A stretch of DNA of 64,000 nucleotides, from IMG/VR virus record IMGVR_UViG_3300042564_005465. One strand, 5' to 3'. This DNA is from an uncultured virus (IMG/VR IMGVR_UViG_3300042564_005465) (Duplodnaviria > Heunggongvirae > Uroviricota > Caudoviricetes). The position numbers and the translations under genes are program-made. This document shows, in pieces, positions 27,278 to 37,192 of this stretch; the stretch's first letter is position 1; each line of letters opens with the position of its first letter. Below the pieces are notes generated by a model. It searched no databases, was not told the DNA's origin, and saw only the letters and a program-made list of their open reading frames with translations.

Positions 27278-27859
27278 ATGACATATAACATATTGGCTAT
27301 TCATGGGGCGTTCAGCACGCCCCTTATTTTTGGTTTTTTGAAACACGAGCTATCCCAGTTCAACTGGAGGTTTGTGGACTATCCCTTACAACCAGACAAT
27401 ATTCAGTCTGTGCTCACTAGGGCTCAAGAATTTGAGGCAGGATCAAGCCACTACCATGTTGTTGGTCACAGCATGGGAGGATTGGTTGCCTTAAGCTTGA
27501 GCTCATTGCCTTGGGTTAAAAGTGTCACTACAATAGCAACGCCGTTGGGCGGTATTGATCTCACCCCCTTCCAAAGGTGGGTCAATCGAAGCCATTTTTT
27601 GAATGAAATCACACCCAACAGCAAGCTAGTTAAAACACTGCGAACAAACAGCTATTCTCAACCCATTCAACACATCATTAGCACAAAAGGATTCAATCCT
27701 TGGTTATGGGAAGACAATGATGGTGTAGTAACCCTTCGCAGCCAAAGAAGTTGGGGTGCTGGCTCCAGAATTGAAGTTCCAGCCAGCCATTCAGAGGTAA
27801 TGTTGCATCCCACGACAGCACAAACTCTCCGCGATTTTTGGACATTTGACACACACTAA
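27278..27859 (+). CDS. Alpha/beta hydrolase (lipase/esterase)
   Basis: IHG, GHSMGG, NDGVV and H catalytic-triad pattern. Confidence 0.9.
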   Translation: MTYNILAIHGAFSTPLIFGFLKHELSQFNWRFVDYPLQPDNIQSVLTRAQEFEAGSSHYHVVGHSMGGLVALSLSSLPWVKSVTTIATPLGGIDLTPFQRWVNRSHFLNEITPNSKLVKTLRTNSYSQPIQHIISTKGFNPWLWEDNDGVVTLRSQRSWGAGSRIEVPASHSEVMLHPTTAQTLRDFWTFDTH

Positions 27860-27893
27860 TTTGTATGTGTAGCCTAAACAGGCTCGTGAAACA

Positions 27894-29429
27894 CTAAAAA
27901 GTCGAAGCTGTCAAATCTACTGTTATCCCAGTGATATTGGGGTCATCTGGATTTGGTGCAATAACGTCAAACACATCTCCCGGAAGGAAAGTCTCTGCCG
28001 CAGCACACGTTAGCGTGGCAACAGTCCCAGCAGCCGCAAAGTCTGCAGTTGCAAAGGGAGTGCCATTTCTGCGGAATGTCAAGGTGTAAGGGGCTGCTGG
28101 CCCAGTCAAAGACCTTACGCTACTGCCTGCCAAGGAAATTTGAAACTCAACTGATACACTCATCACATCATAAAATAGGATTTCAGAAACTCCAGGGGCA
28201 AAAATCTTTGTGAAACTGATGTTGCGGCTAGCTGCTGTTCCCACATTTGTTTGGCTGCCATTGTGTAGTATATTACCTACACCGTAGTCTGCTACACCTT
28301 GCGCAACATCAAAGTTGTCACCTATGCTTGCACAATTGACGCTGGGATTTCCAAATACCACAGCTCTGGTTCCTTCAGAGATACCGCAATTGGAAAATCT
28401 ATTGCCAGTGCTAGCTAGGCCAAAATTTGTACCATTGTAAAACACAGCAATGTTGTCTATGTCTGAAAAACTACTGGCAGTGACAGTAGTATGAGCGGGA
28501 CCACCATTTACAGCTAGGCTACCCATGCATACACCGCGCCAAAGATTATTGAAACTGCAATCCACAACAGTTGTAAATCTCACGTCTTCATCAGCATAAA
28601 TTCCATATGTGCAATAGCTGAATTCACAATGCAAGAAGCTGGCACGCTCAACTTCAATGGCAACTGGACTTAGATTTTGAAGCCTTACAGAAGAGTAAGG
28701 AAATAACCCACTGTCAGCAGGCACATAAGGGCCTACAAAACGAACATTGTCAAATGTAATTTTTTGATAGCGATTTAGCAACACACAGTCAATTTTGTTG
28801 CCGTTGGTGCTGACAGTTAAGTTGCGCACTGAAATGTTTTTGGGCAGTGTAGCACCGCTTGTGCCAATATTTCCACCAGTATTGCCTTGGCTGTCAGCTG
28901 TTTCCATAGCGCAAAGCAGGGACGCATCATTTACTAAAACAACAGTGTTGTCTACCCCATCACCCACTAAATTTAAGTAGGGATACAACAAAATAGAGGC
29001 TTCAATCGCGTATGTGCCAGCAGGGAGATACAAGGTTATTTGTCGGGCTTGGTCAATAACGGCTAGATTGCCTAGAGAGGTAAACAACTCTTGAATGGCA
29101 GCATTGATGGCTGGTGCGTCGTTGGTTGATCCATTGCCAGTTGCACCAAAATCTTTTACAGAGGCAAAATCATTGAGTTTGGCCCCTAACGGGCGGGCAA
29201 CTGACGCCACAATTGCCAAATCTTTTGTGCGCCAAAAGTTTGTGATCAAATCATTATTTGGGCTATAAGAAGTAAGGATTTGTGTGTTGCCACCAAAGGG
29301 CTGGCCATTACCAATAAACAACTCCCGAGTATCAATACACCACCCCAATTCACCCTCATAAAGTTCTTGTGGCAGATCAGTTTTGATCCCTCTGCGATGT
29401 TGAATGCGTGCAAATGTGGTTATGGCCAT
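27894..29429 (-). CDS. Tail fibre/spike-like protein with pectate-lyase-like beta-helix
   Basis: RIQHRRG...GELGW..DTRELFIGNG, SVKDFGATGNG..DAPAINAAI, LYLPAGTY; TAAATA upstream. Confidence 0.8.
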   Translation of the reverse strand: MAITTFARIQHRRGIKTDLPQELYEGELGWCIDTRELFIGNGQPFGGNTQILTSYSPNNDLITNFWRTKDLAIVASVARPLGAKLNDFASVKDFGATGNGSTNDAPAINAAIQELFTSLGNLAVIDQARQITLYLPAGTYAIEASILLYPYLNLVGDGVDNTVVLVNDASLLCAMETADSQGNTGGNIGTSGATLPKNISVRNLTVSTNGNKIDCVLLNRYQKITFDNVRFVGPYVPADSGLFPYSSVRLQNLSPVAIEVERASFLHCEFSYCTYGIYADEDVRFTTVVDCSFNNLWRGVCMGSLAVNGGPAHTTVTASSFSDIDNIAVFYNGTNFGLASTGNRFSNCGISEGTRAVVFGNPSVNCASIGDNFDVAQGVADYGVGNILHNGSQTNVGTAASRNISFTKIFAPGVSEILFYDVMSVSVEFQISLAGSSVRSLTGPAAPYTLTFRRNGTPFATADFAAAGTVATLTCAAAETFLPGDVFDVIAPNPDDPNITGITVDLTASTF

Positions 29430-29566
29430 TTTTTAACTCTCTATCTTGCTCAACTCTTATTTATGAGTAGCACCGTTATATAATTTGGCATGTCGTTGTT
29501 GAGCACATAGATTCAATTTAACAAGCGACTATCTTTGTCATCACCTCAAATCCAGGAGCCATAAGT

Positions 29567-30286
29567 TTGTCTGAAATTTTGATCCAAAAACTCTTGCGCA
29601 AGACTCCAAGCCGAGAAAATCTAGTTGTTGTGCGGGCAGGGAGCAATAGCAATCACTCCTTATGGACATCTGGATGCGAAGAAACAAGGAATTGGGACTT
29701 GTTGGTTAGCTATTACGAACCAGCGCCAAATTGGCAAGAAACCATTGGTGAAGGATGTGTGTTGCATCAGGCAAACAAGCTGTCAGCCTTAAAAGTCTAC
29801 TGGGAACAGGGTTGGTTTCAAGACTATAATTACATTTGGTTTCCTGATCCTGATCTAGAGATCAAGGGCAAGGATATTGATTTGTTGTTTGCAGCAATGA
29901 AATTATTTGATTTAAGTCTTGCACAGCCCAGTCTCACCTTAGACAGCTACACCAGTCACAGCATTACCAAACAAGTCTTGGGTTCTGTCTTGCGTTACAC
30001 TACATTTGTTGAAATGATGCTACCTTGTTTCTCTAAAAATGCATTGGACATTTGTGCACCATCATTTGATAGCAACACATTCATGTGGGGTATTGATCAT
30101 GTGTGGAGCAAACTGCTGGGTTATCCTGACAAAAAGATTGCAATTATCGACCAAATTTGTGTTAGACATGGAACACCTGTGGGCAGCAGCTATGATATTC
30201 AACACGCTTACAAAGAAATGTTTCTCACGCTGGCCAGGTATAATGTAAGTGTGCGGATGGATGTGTTGGACACAATTTATCTCTAG
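29567..30286 (+). CDS. DUF707-like glycosyltransferase
   Basis: YNYIWFPDPDL, LAQPSL, FVEMMLPCFS, WGID. Confidence 0.8.
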   Translation: MSEILIQKLLRKTPSRENLVVVRAGSNSNHSLWTSGCEETRNWDLLVSYYEPAPNWQETIGEGCVLHQANKLSALKVYWEQGWFQDYNYIWFPDPDLEIKGKDIDLLFAAMKLFDLSLAQPSLTLDSYTSHSITKQVLGSVLRYTTFVEMMLPCFSKNALDICAPSFDSNTFMWGIDHVWSKLLGYPDKKIAIIDQICVRHGTPVGSSYDIQHAYKEMFLTLARYNVSVRMDVLDTIYL

Positions 30287-30356
30287 ACATTTGGGCCAAA
30301 ACTGCTAGATTTGGGTCCACGCTTTAAATAATTGGTACAGAAAAGCGAGGTATGTG

Positions 30357-31112
30357 ATGCGATCTGATATGGCTAAGGTTATTGTGGAGCGTCCCCGGGT
30401 GGGCGGCAAGTGGCACAAAAAAGGCCGGCCTGCTCGTGAGCTGGATGAAAATGCCCTTCACGAAGGCATGCGTGCGCCCTATGTTCGCCACTACAACGCC
30501 AAAGAGCTCAACGAAAATCTTGCACCGCTGCTGCGCTTTCTCAACAGTCGAGTGGGCCAGCTGTGGGACAATGTCTACAGCGAAATTTGTGAAAACATCC
30601 GCGTTACCAATGCAGTGCAGGACCACATTCGTGTTCATGTGAAACAGTTTGTGGAGACAGCAACCAGTGTTGACAAGGAGGGCGTGATCTGGATCAACGG
30701 GTATAGGCCCTATCCTCTGGCAGAGGACGGGTTTACGCGGTTTTACGTTGATCCTCGAGACGGCCTGCTGTGCCGCAATCCCAATCATGTGAGTTGGACT
30801 GCTTGGCAAAAGGAATATCGAGCCCAACAGGAGAGCAAGCGACTGGAAACTGCCCGCACATTGCCCAATGGAGTGGAAATTCGCAAGCATGAGGGCATTT
30901 GGTATGCGGTTGAGTTGGCTCCTGTGCCCACGCCAGAACTGGGAACAGGTTGGGTGGACCGCCGAGGCAACGCTCACAAGGTGCGTCGAGCAGTGAGTGT
31001 GTATGATGTGCTGCTGAAGAAGTTCATTAGCGAAACCCACGGCACCTATGTGTGCAACAAGCGGCAACTCAGCCACCAGGAACTGAAAACTTATGGAGTA
31101 ACAAATGACTGA
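30357..31112 (+). CDS. Conserved hypothetical protein
   Basis: MRSDMAKVIVERPR...LNENLAPL.RFL...WD.VYSEI...KRQLS. Confidence 0.75.
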   Translation: MRSDMAKVIVERPRVGGKWHKKGRPARELDENALHEGMRAPYVRHYNAKELNENLAPLLRFLNSRVGQLWDNVYSEICENIRVTNAVQDHIRVHVKQFVETATSVDKEGVIWINGYRPYPLAEDGFTRFYVDPRDGLLCRNPNHVSWTAWQKEYRAQQESKRLETARTLPNGVEIRKHEGIWYAVELAPVPTPELGTGWVDRRGNAHKVRRAVSVYDVLLKKFISETHGTYVCNKRQLSHQELKTYGVTND

Positions 31113-31518
31113 CGTTAAGAAAGGTTACCTGGGTTGGGCATTGCCTTTGGAGACAAAAGATGCACTGCTGGAGAAGTTTCCTGCAGAGTATTCCCAAGTT
31201 GTGGCACATCACTGTACTTTGAAGTTTGGGGTTGATGCAGATACGCCTATGCCTACAGAAACAACTGCCACAGTAGTGGGGGTTGCTGATGACAATAACG
31301 GTGTGCAAGCTCTTGTGCTATCCATTGGGGGTAGCACCACTCGGCCTGATGGCAGCACCTACCACATCACGTGGAGCCTTAACCCAGGTCGCAAACCAGT
31401 GGAGAGCAACGAGGTTATCAAACGGTTTGGTTGGACGCCAGCTAGTCCCTTCACCCGAATCCCCCTTGTGCCAAAATTTTTCCCACATGCACAAAAGAAA
31501 GCTGTTGACAACGCTTGA
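31105..31518 (+). CDS. 2H phosphoesterase-like protein
   Basis: Two HxT motifs, HCTL and HITW. Confidence 0.75.
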   Translation: MTDVKKGYLGWALPLETKDALLEKFPAEYSQVVAHHCTLKFGVDADTPMPTETTATVVGVADDNNGVQALVLSIGGSTTRPDGSTYHITWSLNPGRKPVESNEVIKRFGWTPASPFTRIPLVPKFFPHAQKKAVDNA

Positions 31519-31699
31519 CCTTGTGCTATAGTGCGGGGGTAACGGAGTACACGGCAATGAGCTTGGTTTGGGGCCTGTTTTTGGTGTACTTGTTTTGTTG
31601 GATGTTCCGTTTGGACTTCCCACTGGTGATGATGGCTCTGTGGAGCAGCAATCAAACCCTGCCTCGTCTCAACACCCGCAAGCTCAAGGAAATCTGGAA

Positions 31700-32854
31700 G
31701 TGAATCCAGCTGCACCCCTAACAACTCCTGCACTGCTGGAACTGCGTGATGCGTTCCAGCTGGCGGGGTTTGGCCTCAGGCTGGTTGGTGGTTGCGTAAG
31801 AGACGCACTGCTGGGCTACGTTCCAAACGACATTGACCTGCACACTGATGCTACTCCGGAAGAGGCCACTGCCATCTACGAGAGGCTGAAACTACGCTGG
31901 ATCCCCACTGGCATGGATCATGGCACAGTAACCGTGGTGCTGAACGATGTCACGTATGAGATCACCAGCCTGAGGGAGGATGTCAGCACAGACGGTCGAC
32001 GTGCTGTGGTGCGCTACACCCGAGATTGGGCGGTGGACGCTGCCAGGCGGGACTTCACCATCAACAGTATGAGCATGACGCTGGATGGCGAGCTGTTTGA
32101 CATCTTCGGCGGTGCCCGGGACCTGCGTGAGGGCAGGGTGCGGTTTGTGGGCTACCCAGACACTCGCATCCAGGAGGACTATCTGCGCATCCTGCGTTGG
32201 TATAGGTTCACTGCACGCTTTGGCAAGGAGTATGACGCTGATGCGCTGGCTGCTGTGAGACGGCATCGCGCGGGTCTGAGCACAATCAGTGTAGAGAGGA
32301 TCTGGAGCGAGATCAAACAGATCATCACGGGCCCCAAGGGGGTAAGCACGGTTGATGACATGTGGCGTGCGCAGCTTATGGCTGGCTTTGCTGGCTTTCC
32401 TCGTGGTGCACCGTGGTATGGGCACCCCCAGGTCCCTCCTGTGCCCGATACCACCAACCCAGTCACACTGATGGTGTACATGTGGCGTGGAGAGGTACCA
32501 GGTGTGCTGAAACACTGGAAGGCCAGCAGGGAGGAGATTGATCTGGCCCAGTATCTCGCCCACCCCGATCGGGACTGGAAGGGGAAAAATCCCTTCCGTG
32601 AGATGGCCGTGCATGGCGTCTCCCGGGAGTGGGCACGAGAGCTGGCTGCTCTCCAGAACATGGATGTGTTTGAGAGGGCTGTGCTGGACACTTGGGAGGT
32701 GCCTGAGTTTCCAGTCACTGGTTACGATCTCATCCAGATGGGCATGCGGCCAGGCCCTGATTATGGCGTGACTCTGGACCGGCTGAGGAATCTGTGGGCT
32801 GACAGTGGCTACACCTTTACCAAAGAGCAACTGCTGGCCCACATTCAGGTCTAG
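31700..32854 (+). CDS. cca: Class II tRNA nucleotidyltransferase (CCA-adding/poly(A) polymerase family)
   Basis: VGGCVRD, DID, RRDFTINSM, EDYLRILR, ERIWSE; GTG start at 31700 inferred. Confidence 0.93.
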   Translation: MNPAAPLTTPALLELRDAFQLAGFGLRLVGGCVRDALLGYVPNDIDLHTDATPEEATAIYERLKLRWIPTGMDHGTVTVVLNDVTYEITSLREDVSTDGRRAVVRYTRDWAVDAARRDFTINSMSMTLDGELFDIFGGARDLREGRVRFVGYPDTRIQEDYLRILRWYRFTARFGKEYDADALAAVRRHRAGLSTISVERIWSEIKQIITGPKGVSTVDDMWRAQLMAGFAGFPRGAPWYGHPQVPPVPDTTNPVTLMVYMWRGEVPGVLKHWKASREEIDLAQYLAHPDRDWKGKNPFREMAVHGVSREWARELAALQNMDVFERAVLDTWEVPEFPVTGYDLIQMGMRPGPDYGVTLDRLRNLWADSGYTFTKEQLLAHIQV

Positions 32855-33406
32855 CGAGTGGGACGGGGCGCAATGCCCTGTCTCACCAGCTCAGCCCGGC
32901 TGGTGGCAGCATCTTGAATACCAAAAGTCTCTAGCCGCACATTGTTGCGACGGAGGAAGTCTGTGAGCACAAAATTGGGCAAGTCAGCCCCACGAATGTA
33001 GTAGTCGCCAGGCTCAACCTGTTGTGGATGATAGCCTGCCAAATCATCTTCGGGTCTACGCTGCCATCTCTTTTCCGCACGCTTCAACACCAACAGTGCA
33101 GCATGACGGTAAAAAGTCATCTGCTGTTATGTCATCAGTGCCTGTGTGTTGATCCCATTGTGGATACTGATGGCGCATTTGGCCTATGATGGCTGAGATG
33201 CACTTGTATAACTCTGCTCGATCAGCAGCAAACACCACATTCTCCAGTGGTATGCCAGCTTCTCTATACTCTTGGTAGGCATGGGCAGTAAACTTTCCCA
33301 CTTGAGGCAAGAGTCCAAAGTCCATTATATCTGGCACAAACTCTTTGAGAGTGCCGTGATAAAGAGTGCGGGGAGTGCTCTCATTGAGAAGTTCAGTTAT
33401 CAGCAT
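32851..33406 (-). pseudogene. Frameshift-split ADP-ribosyltransferase/Tpt1-like protein
   Basis: LYHGT...GLLP in 33056-33406; reading continues as YRHAALL...VEPGDYY in 32851-33120 if one T of GACTTTTTAC is skipped. Confidence 0.55.
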
Positions 33407-33456
33407 AGTCACTTATTTATCAGGTATAGACATTTGATACACGCTCGACTACACAC

Positions 33457-34062
33457 CTAGGTGTGTAGTGTTTGCGATAGCCAATTACGGACCTGTCTTC
33501 CCACCGTACTGATTTGGATCTCAGCTTGTGTGCCCCAATTCTCCACTTCCCAGTATGCGTCCTGGAATAGATTTTTGTAGTTGGCGCGGTTATTTTCAAT
33601 TTTTTGCCAAGTATCCTTAAGGTAGTCAAAATCAACTTTGCGTCCAGTGTGCTTGAATCTTTGTTCTGCATTGGATTGTGCAACTTCAAATGGTGTTCTA
33701 ACCAATATCATAGCAGCGGAATAGTTGTAAGACAAAAATTGTTGACGTTTTTGTTGATAATCTTGAAAGTTTCGTCCTGTGCCATCTATAATCATGCCCA
33801 ATCCCTGGCGAAGCCAACTGAGACGGAATTTTTCAGCTTGGGCAGACAGGGGGTGCGGTGAAAAATCAATATTTTCTAGATTAGTTTGCGATCGTTGCAT
33901 AAGTTGCGCAAGACTATCAGGATCAACAACTTTCAAAGATCTGCCAAAAATACGAGTTCTAACTGTGGTTTTGCCTGATCCTGGGCTTCCTGCCATGAAC
34001 ACCACTTTGCGGTTGAACTGGTCATGCAGGCCGTCATGCAGGATTAAATCGTAAATTCTCAT
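33457..34062 (-). CDS. Zeta-toxin/AAA_33-like P-loop kinase
   Basis: AGSPGSGKTT, VDPD, IIDGTG, R...GRKV. Confidence 0.85.
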   Translation of the reverse strand: MRIYDLILHDGLHDQFNRKVVFMAGSPGSGKTTVRTRIFGRSLKVVDPDSLAQLMQRSQTNLENIDFSPHPLSAQAEKFRLSWLRQGLGMIIDGTGRNFQDYQQKRQQFLSYNYSAAMILVRTPFEVAQSNAEQRFKHTGRKVDFDYLKDTWQKIENNRANYKNLFQDAYWEVENWGTQAEIQISTVGRQVRNWLSQTLHT

Positions 34063-34086
34063 TGTCTTATTTACACGGTTTGGTAG

Positions 34087-34956
34087 CTATGTGCCTTTGG
34101 GCGGCACACCAAACCTCTGCGCAACAGCATCACCCCACACATCTAGTTTGAGTGCATAATATTCGCCTGAGATGTAGACTTCAACTTCTGATTCCAGAGC
34201 TTGTTCGAGATGGTCTTTTCTTGGTTGATACATGTCAACAAAAGCGTCCATATCAACATCTCCTATTTCAAGATCTTCATCTTCAAGATCATCCTCGTCT
34301 TCATCATCGCCAACATTCCAGTTGGTGAGATGGCTGGGGATGCGCGGCATGGGTATCTCCATTTCATCACAAAATTCCTCTACTTTTTCCATTATCTCCT
34401 CTAGAGTATCGGTGGGCTGTAGACCTGCAAAAGGCGGATACATGAGGTCCAATTGCTTTTGCGCATCAGGATATTTCTTGACCCATTGACGTATCCAGGC
34501 TATGAGCTCAGCGGCTATCTGTTGAGTGTTAGATTCATTTTTGAGAGGAATCTGCTGAATGTGATATAGGTCAAGATCATGCTGATTGGTGTAAGTAAAC
34601 TGGTGTTTGCCGTCTATTGGAAATATTATATAGACTGTTCCATAATTTTTTGCTCGAATAGGATCGCTTGTGGCAAAGATGCTACTGCTGCGCAGTGCAG
34701 AGAATCCCAGGCGCGTCAAAGCTTGGTCAAACAAATCTGAAAATTCTTTTTTGCTGGTTTTGGGATTTCTGTAGCTGGTGGTTGCCATGTAGGCGATTTT
34801 GCCAGGATTTTGACCTCTCAACAGCCATTTACCGGCTATTTTTACCGCTGCAAGATATTGTTTGCAGTCTCTCTCAATAGCATCAAGCCATTCTCCTTCA
34901 GATTGTTCGAAGATTTTTGAATGACGCCGCATGGCAATTATTTCACGAATTCTCAT
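34087..34956 (-). CDS. Hypothetical late protein, possible ADP-ribosyltransferase fold
   Basis: MRIREI start; LLRG...RSSSIFATS...YG.VY.IFP...EV. Confidence 0.6.
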   Translation of the reverse strand: MRIREIIAMRRHSKIFEQSEGEWLDAIERDCKQYLAAVKIAGKWLLRGQNPGKIAYMATTSYRNPKTSKKEFSDLFDQALTRLGFSALRSSSIFATSDPIRAKNYGTVYIIFPIDGKHQFTYTNQHDLDLYHIQQIPLKNESNTQQIAAELIAWIRQWVKKYPDAQKQLDLMYPPFAGLQPTDTLEEIMEKVEEFCDEMEIPMPRIPSHLTNWNVGDDEDEDDLEDEDLEIGDVDMDAFVDMYQPRKDHLEQALESEVEVYISGEYYALKLDVWGDAVAQRFGVPPKGT

Positions 34957-35093
34957 CTAAATTCTGTTTCCGTTCAAAAGGCATTTGCGTTATTTAACAA
35001 GTTAAGGCAATCCGAGCAGGTCTGGCTCCTGATTTTTGTTCTAGGCACAGCACACTTTCCTGCTAATATGACAACATAAGAAAGGATTCAATT

Positions 35094-35525
35094 ATGGTTG
35101 ATTCTCAGGATACGGCTGAGGCCCAAGTGCGAGTGGGTGTTGGAGTAATGCTCCTTGCGCCAAATGGTTATGTGCTCATGCGCCGGCAGGGTAGTCACGG
35201 CGAGGGTGAGTGGAGTTTTCCCGGAGGGCATCTCGAGTTTTCAGAGACTGTGCTGGACTGTGCCCGGCGAGAGGTCGCCGAAGAGCTGGGTGTCATGCTG
35301 AAAGATCCTTGCACTGTGCCACTGTTCACAGAGGATTTTTTCCCAGAGCATCAGCGCCACTATATCACAGTCTACGTCACAGGCTGGTGTGAGGAAACTC
35401 CGCGCATTCTTGAACCGGAAAAGTGCAGTCAACTCAAGATGGTCACACTGGGCGACAGTCTCCCCACTCCCACCTTCAGCGGTGTGGAGCGGGTTTGGGA
35501 ATACAAGAGCCGCAGCATCATCTGA
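35094..35525 (+). CDS. Nudix hydrolase
   Basis: GGHLEFSETVLDCARREVAEELG. Confidence 0.93.
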   Translation: MVDSQDTAEAQVRVGVGVMLLAPNGYVLMRRQGSHGEGEWSFPGGHLEFSETVLDCARREVAEELGVMLKDPCTVPLFTEDFFPEHQRHYITVYVTGWCEETPRILEPEKCSQLKMVTLGDSLPTPTFSGVERVWEYKSRSII

Positions 35526-35587
35526 CTATAAGAGATTGACACTGGCGCAGATTGTGCTAGTATGGTGGATGAAAAGGAGCCTATTGG

Positions 35588-35923
35588 ATGACTTACACTC
35601 TGTTCCTTGATGATGTTCGCGATCCCAGCTGGGCTTATCCCCATGAGGACACTGGCGAGTGGATTGTATGCCGGAGCTTTGATGAGGCTGTGGCTGTGTG
35701 TGAGGATCTAGGCTGTCCAAGTGAGGTAAGCTTGGATCACGATCTCGGCGATGGCACGCCCACTGGCTATGACTTTGCACATTGGCTCATCTCCAAGGAC
35801 ATGGATGCACCTTTTTTCCCTGATGGTTTTCGATATCAAACTCACAGTGCCAATCCCGTAGGCGCTGAAAACATTCGCCAGCTTTTGAAAGGTTATTTTC
35901 AACACAAAGGAGTTTCCAAGTGA
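35588..35923 (+). CDS. Cyclic-phosphate-processing receiver-domain protein
   Basis: LFLDDVR, SLDHDLG, TGYD, HSANPVG. Confidence 0.82.
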   Translation: MTYTLFLDDVRDPSWAYPHEDTGEWIVCRSFDEAVAVCEDLGCPSEVSLDHDLGDGTPTGYDFAHWLISKDMDAPFFPDGFRYQTHSANPVGAENIRQLLKGYFQHKGVSK

Positions 35924-36510
35924 GTTTAGTTGACCGCTTTTTCACAGTCACGCGTCTACGAAAGTGGTTTGGCACAGGATTCACTGCCGGTATCACAATT
36001 GGACTTATGATTTTTGGAGGTTTAGTACTGCTGGGCTTTGTTGGCATACTGCTCTCTGGACTGGGCTTGGCTGAGGCAGTATTCAGTTGTTTTGTGATGT
36101 TCCTATTGGGAATGCTGGTATTCATCGGGGTAAATGTCTTTTTAACAAACAAAGATCCACGATGGATGGTTGTGATTATAGGTTATCTAGTGCCCAAGTC
36201 TATGCCAGTTGTGTTGAAAGATTATCAGCGAGACACTTACTATAGCCTTGCATGGCCGGATGATGCTGGCGTTTGGCGCTGCCCAATCTACTACGGCACA
36301 GGTGTAGGCGATGTGAAACTTAACCCCAATGGCTCTTGTGGTAACGAAAGCTACATCTATTTTTGGCAACCTTTACGAGACAGTGACAGAATGCAATTCT
36401 TCCTCCACAATGAGGATGTGGTGTATTTTGATGATTTGGCTGGCATGGATCGTCAGGACATTAGCAAGCTAGTTAGCAAAATGAGAAAAGAGGCACAAAA
36501 TGTTGTTTAG
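35920..36510 (+). CDS. Membrane protein
   Basis: Two to three TMs followed by a soluble domain. Confidence 0.6.
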   Translation: MSLVDRFFTVTRLRKWFGTGFTAGITIGLMIFGGLVLLGFVGILLSGLGLAEAVFSCFVMFLLGMLVFIGVNVFLTNKDPRWMVVIIGYLVPKSMPVVLKDYQRDTYYSLAWPDDAGVWRCPIYYGTGVGDVKLNPNGSCGNESYIYFWQPLRDSDRMQFFLHNEDVVYFDDLAGMDRQDISKLVSKMRKEAQNVV

Positions 36511-36685
36511 ATTGTTTGAAATCACTTGGGATCATGGGTTCCTTCAAGACAAAGATCTTCCTTGTGAAACCATTGTAGATGCGCTGCGGGACAACGATTC
36601 AAATCGTTTGAAACTCAAATTGATGGATCAGCTAGATGCTGAGTATAATGGGACGGTAAAAGATTTGAAATGGGAAGAGATTTAA
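36500..36685 (+). CDS. Small hypothetical protein
   Basis: 61-aa ORF with GAGG RBS. Confidence 0.5.
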   Translation: MLFRLFEITWDHGFLQDKDLPCETIVDALRDNDSNRLKLKLMDQLDAEYNGTVKDLKWEEI

Positions 36686-36688
36686 CGT

Positions 36689-37171
36689 ATGGACTTTGTT
36701 GACAAAGCAGCCTTGAATAAGGGCTACACATTTGGAATTGCATCAGATCATGCTGGTGTGGAACTTAAAACACACTTGGTCAATCTGTTGAGAAATCGTG
36801 GACATGAGGTGGTTGATTTTGGTCCAGAAACGGAGGATCGAGTGGACTATCCAGACTATGCCACCAAAGTGTGTGCTGGTGTTTTGGGCGGCCGAGTTGA
36901 CAGAGGCATTTTGATTTGTGGCAGTGGCATTGGCATGAGCATAGCAGCCAATCGCCATCAGGGAATTCGCTGTGCACTAGTGCATGATCCAGTGGGCGCA
37001 GAGCTCAGTCGACGTCACAATAACAGCAATGTCATTGCGTTGGGTGCACGGTTACTAGGCCCTGACCAAGCTTCAGCATGTGTGCAGACCTGGCTACAAA
37101 CTCCTTTTGACGGCGGGCGGCATCAAGGGCGAATTGACAAGCTAGATCTCCAGGATGGTTTAAATATCTGA
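36689..37171 (+). CDS. rpiB: Ribose-5-phosphate isomerase B
   Basis: SDHAG, DYPD, CGSGIG, ANR, HNNSN, GGRH. Confidence 0.96.
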   Translation: MDFVDKAALNKGYTFGIASDHAGVELKTHLVNLLRNRGHEVVDFGPETEDRVDYPDYATKVCAGVLGGRVDRGILICGSGIGMSIAANRHQGIRCALVHDPVGAELSRRHNNSNVIALGARLLGPDQASACVQTWLQTPFDGGRHQGRIDKLDLQDGLNI

Positions 37172-37192
37172 GCCCAAATAGGAGCTCATAAT

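Noticed and set aside
31892..32842. 316-aa and 179-aa minus-strand ORFs
   Set aside because: Antisense shadows of the GC-rich cca gene with no motifs; the same applies to 26158-26910, 30324-31076, 48415-49194, 50058-50888, 53760-54554 and 59864-60460.
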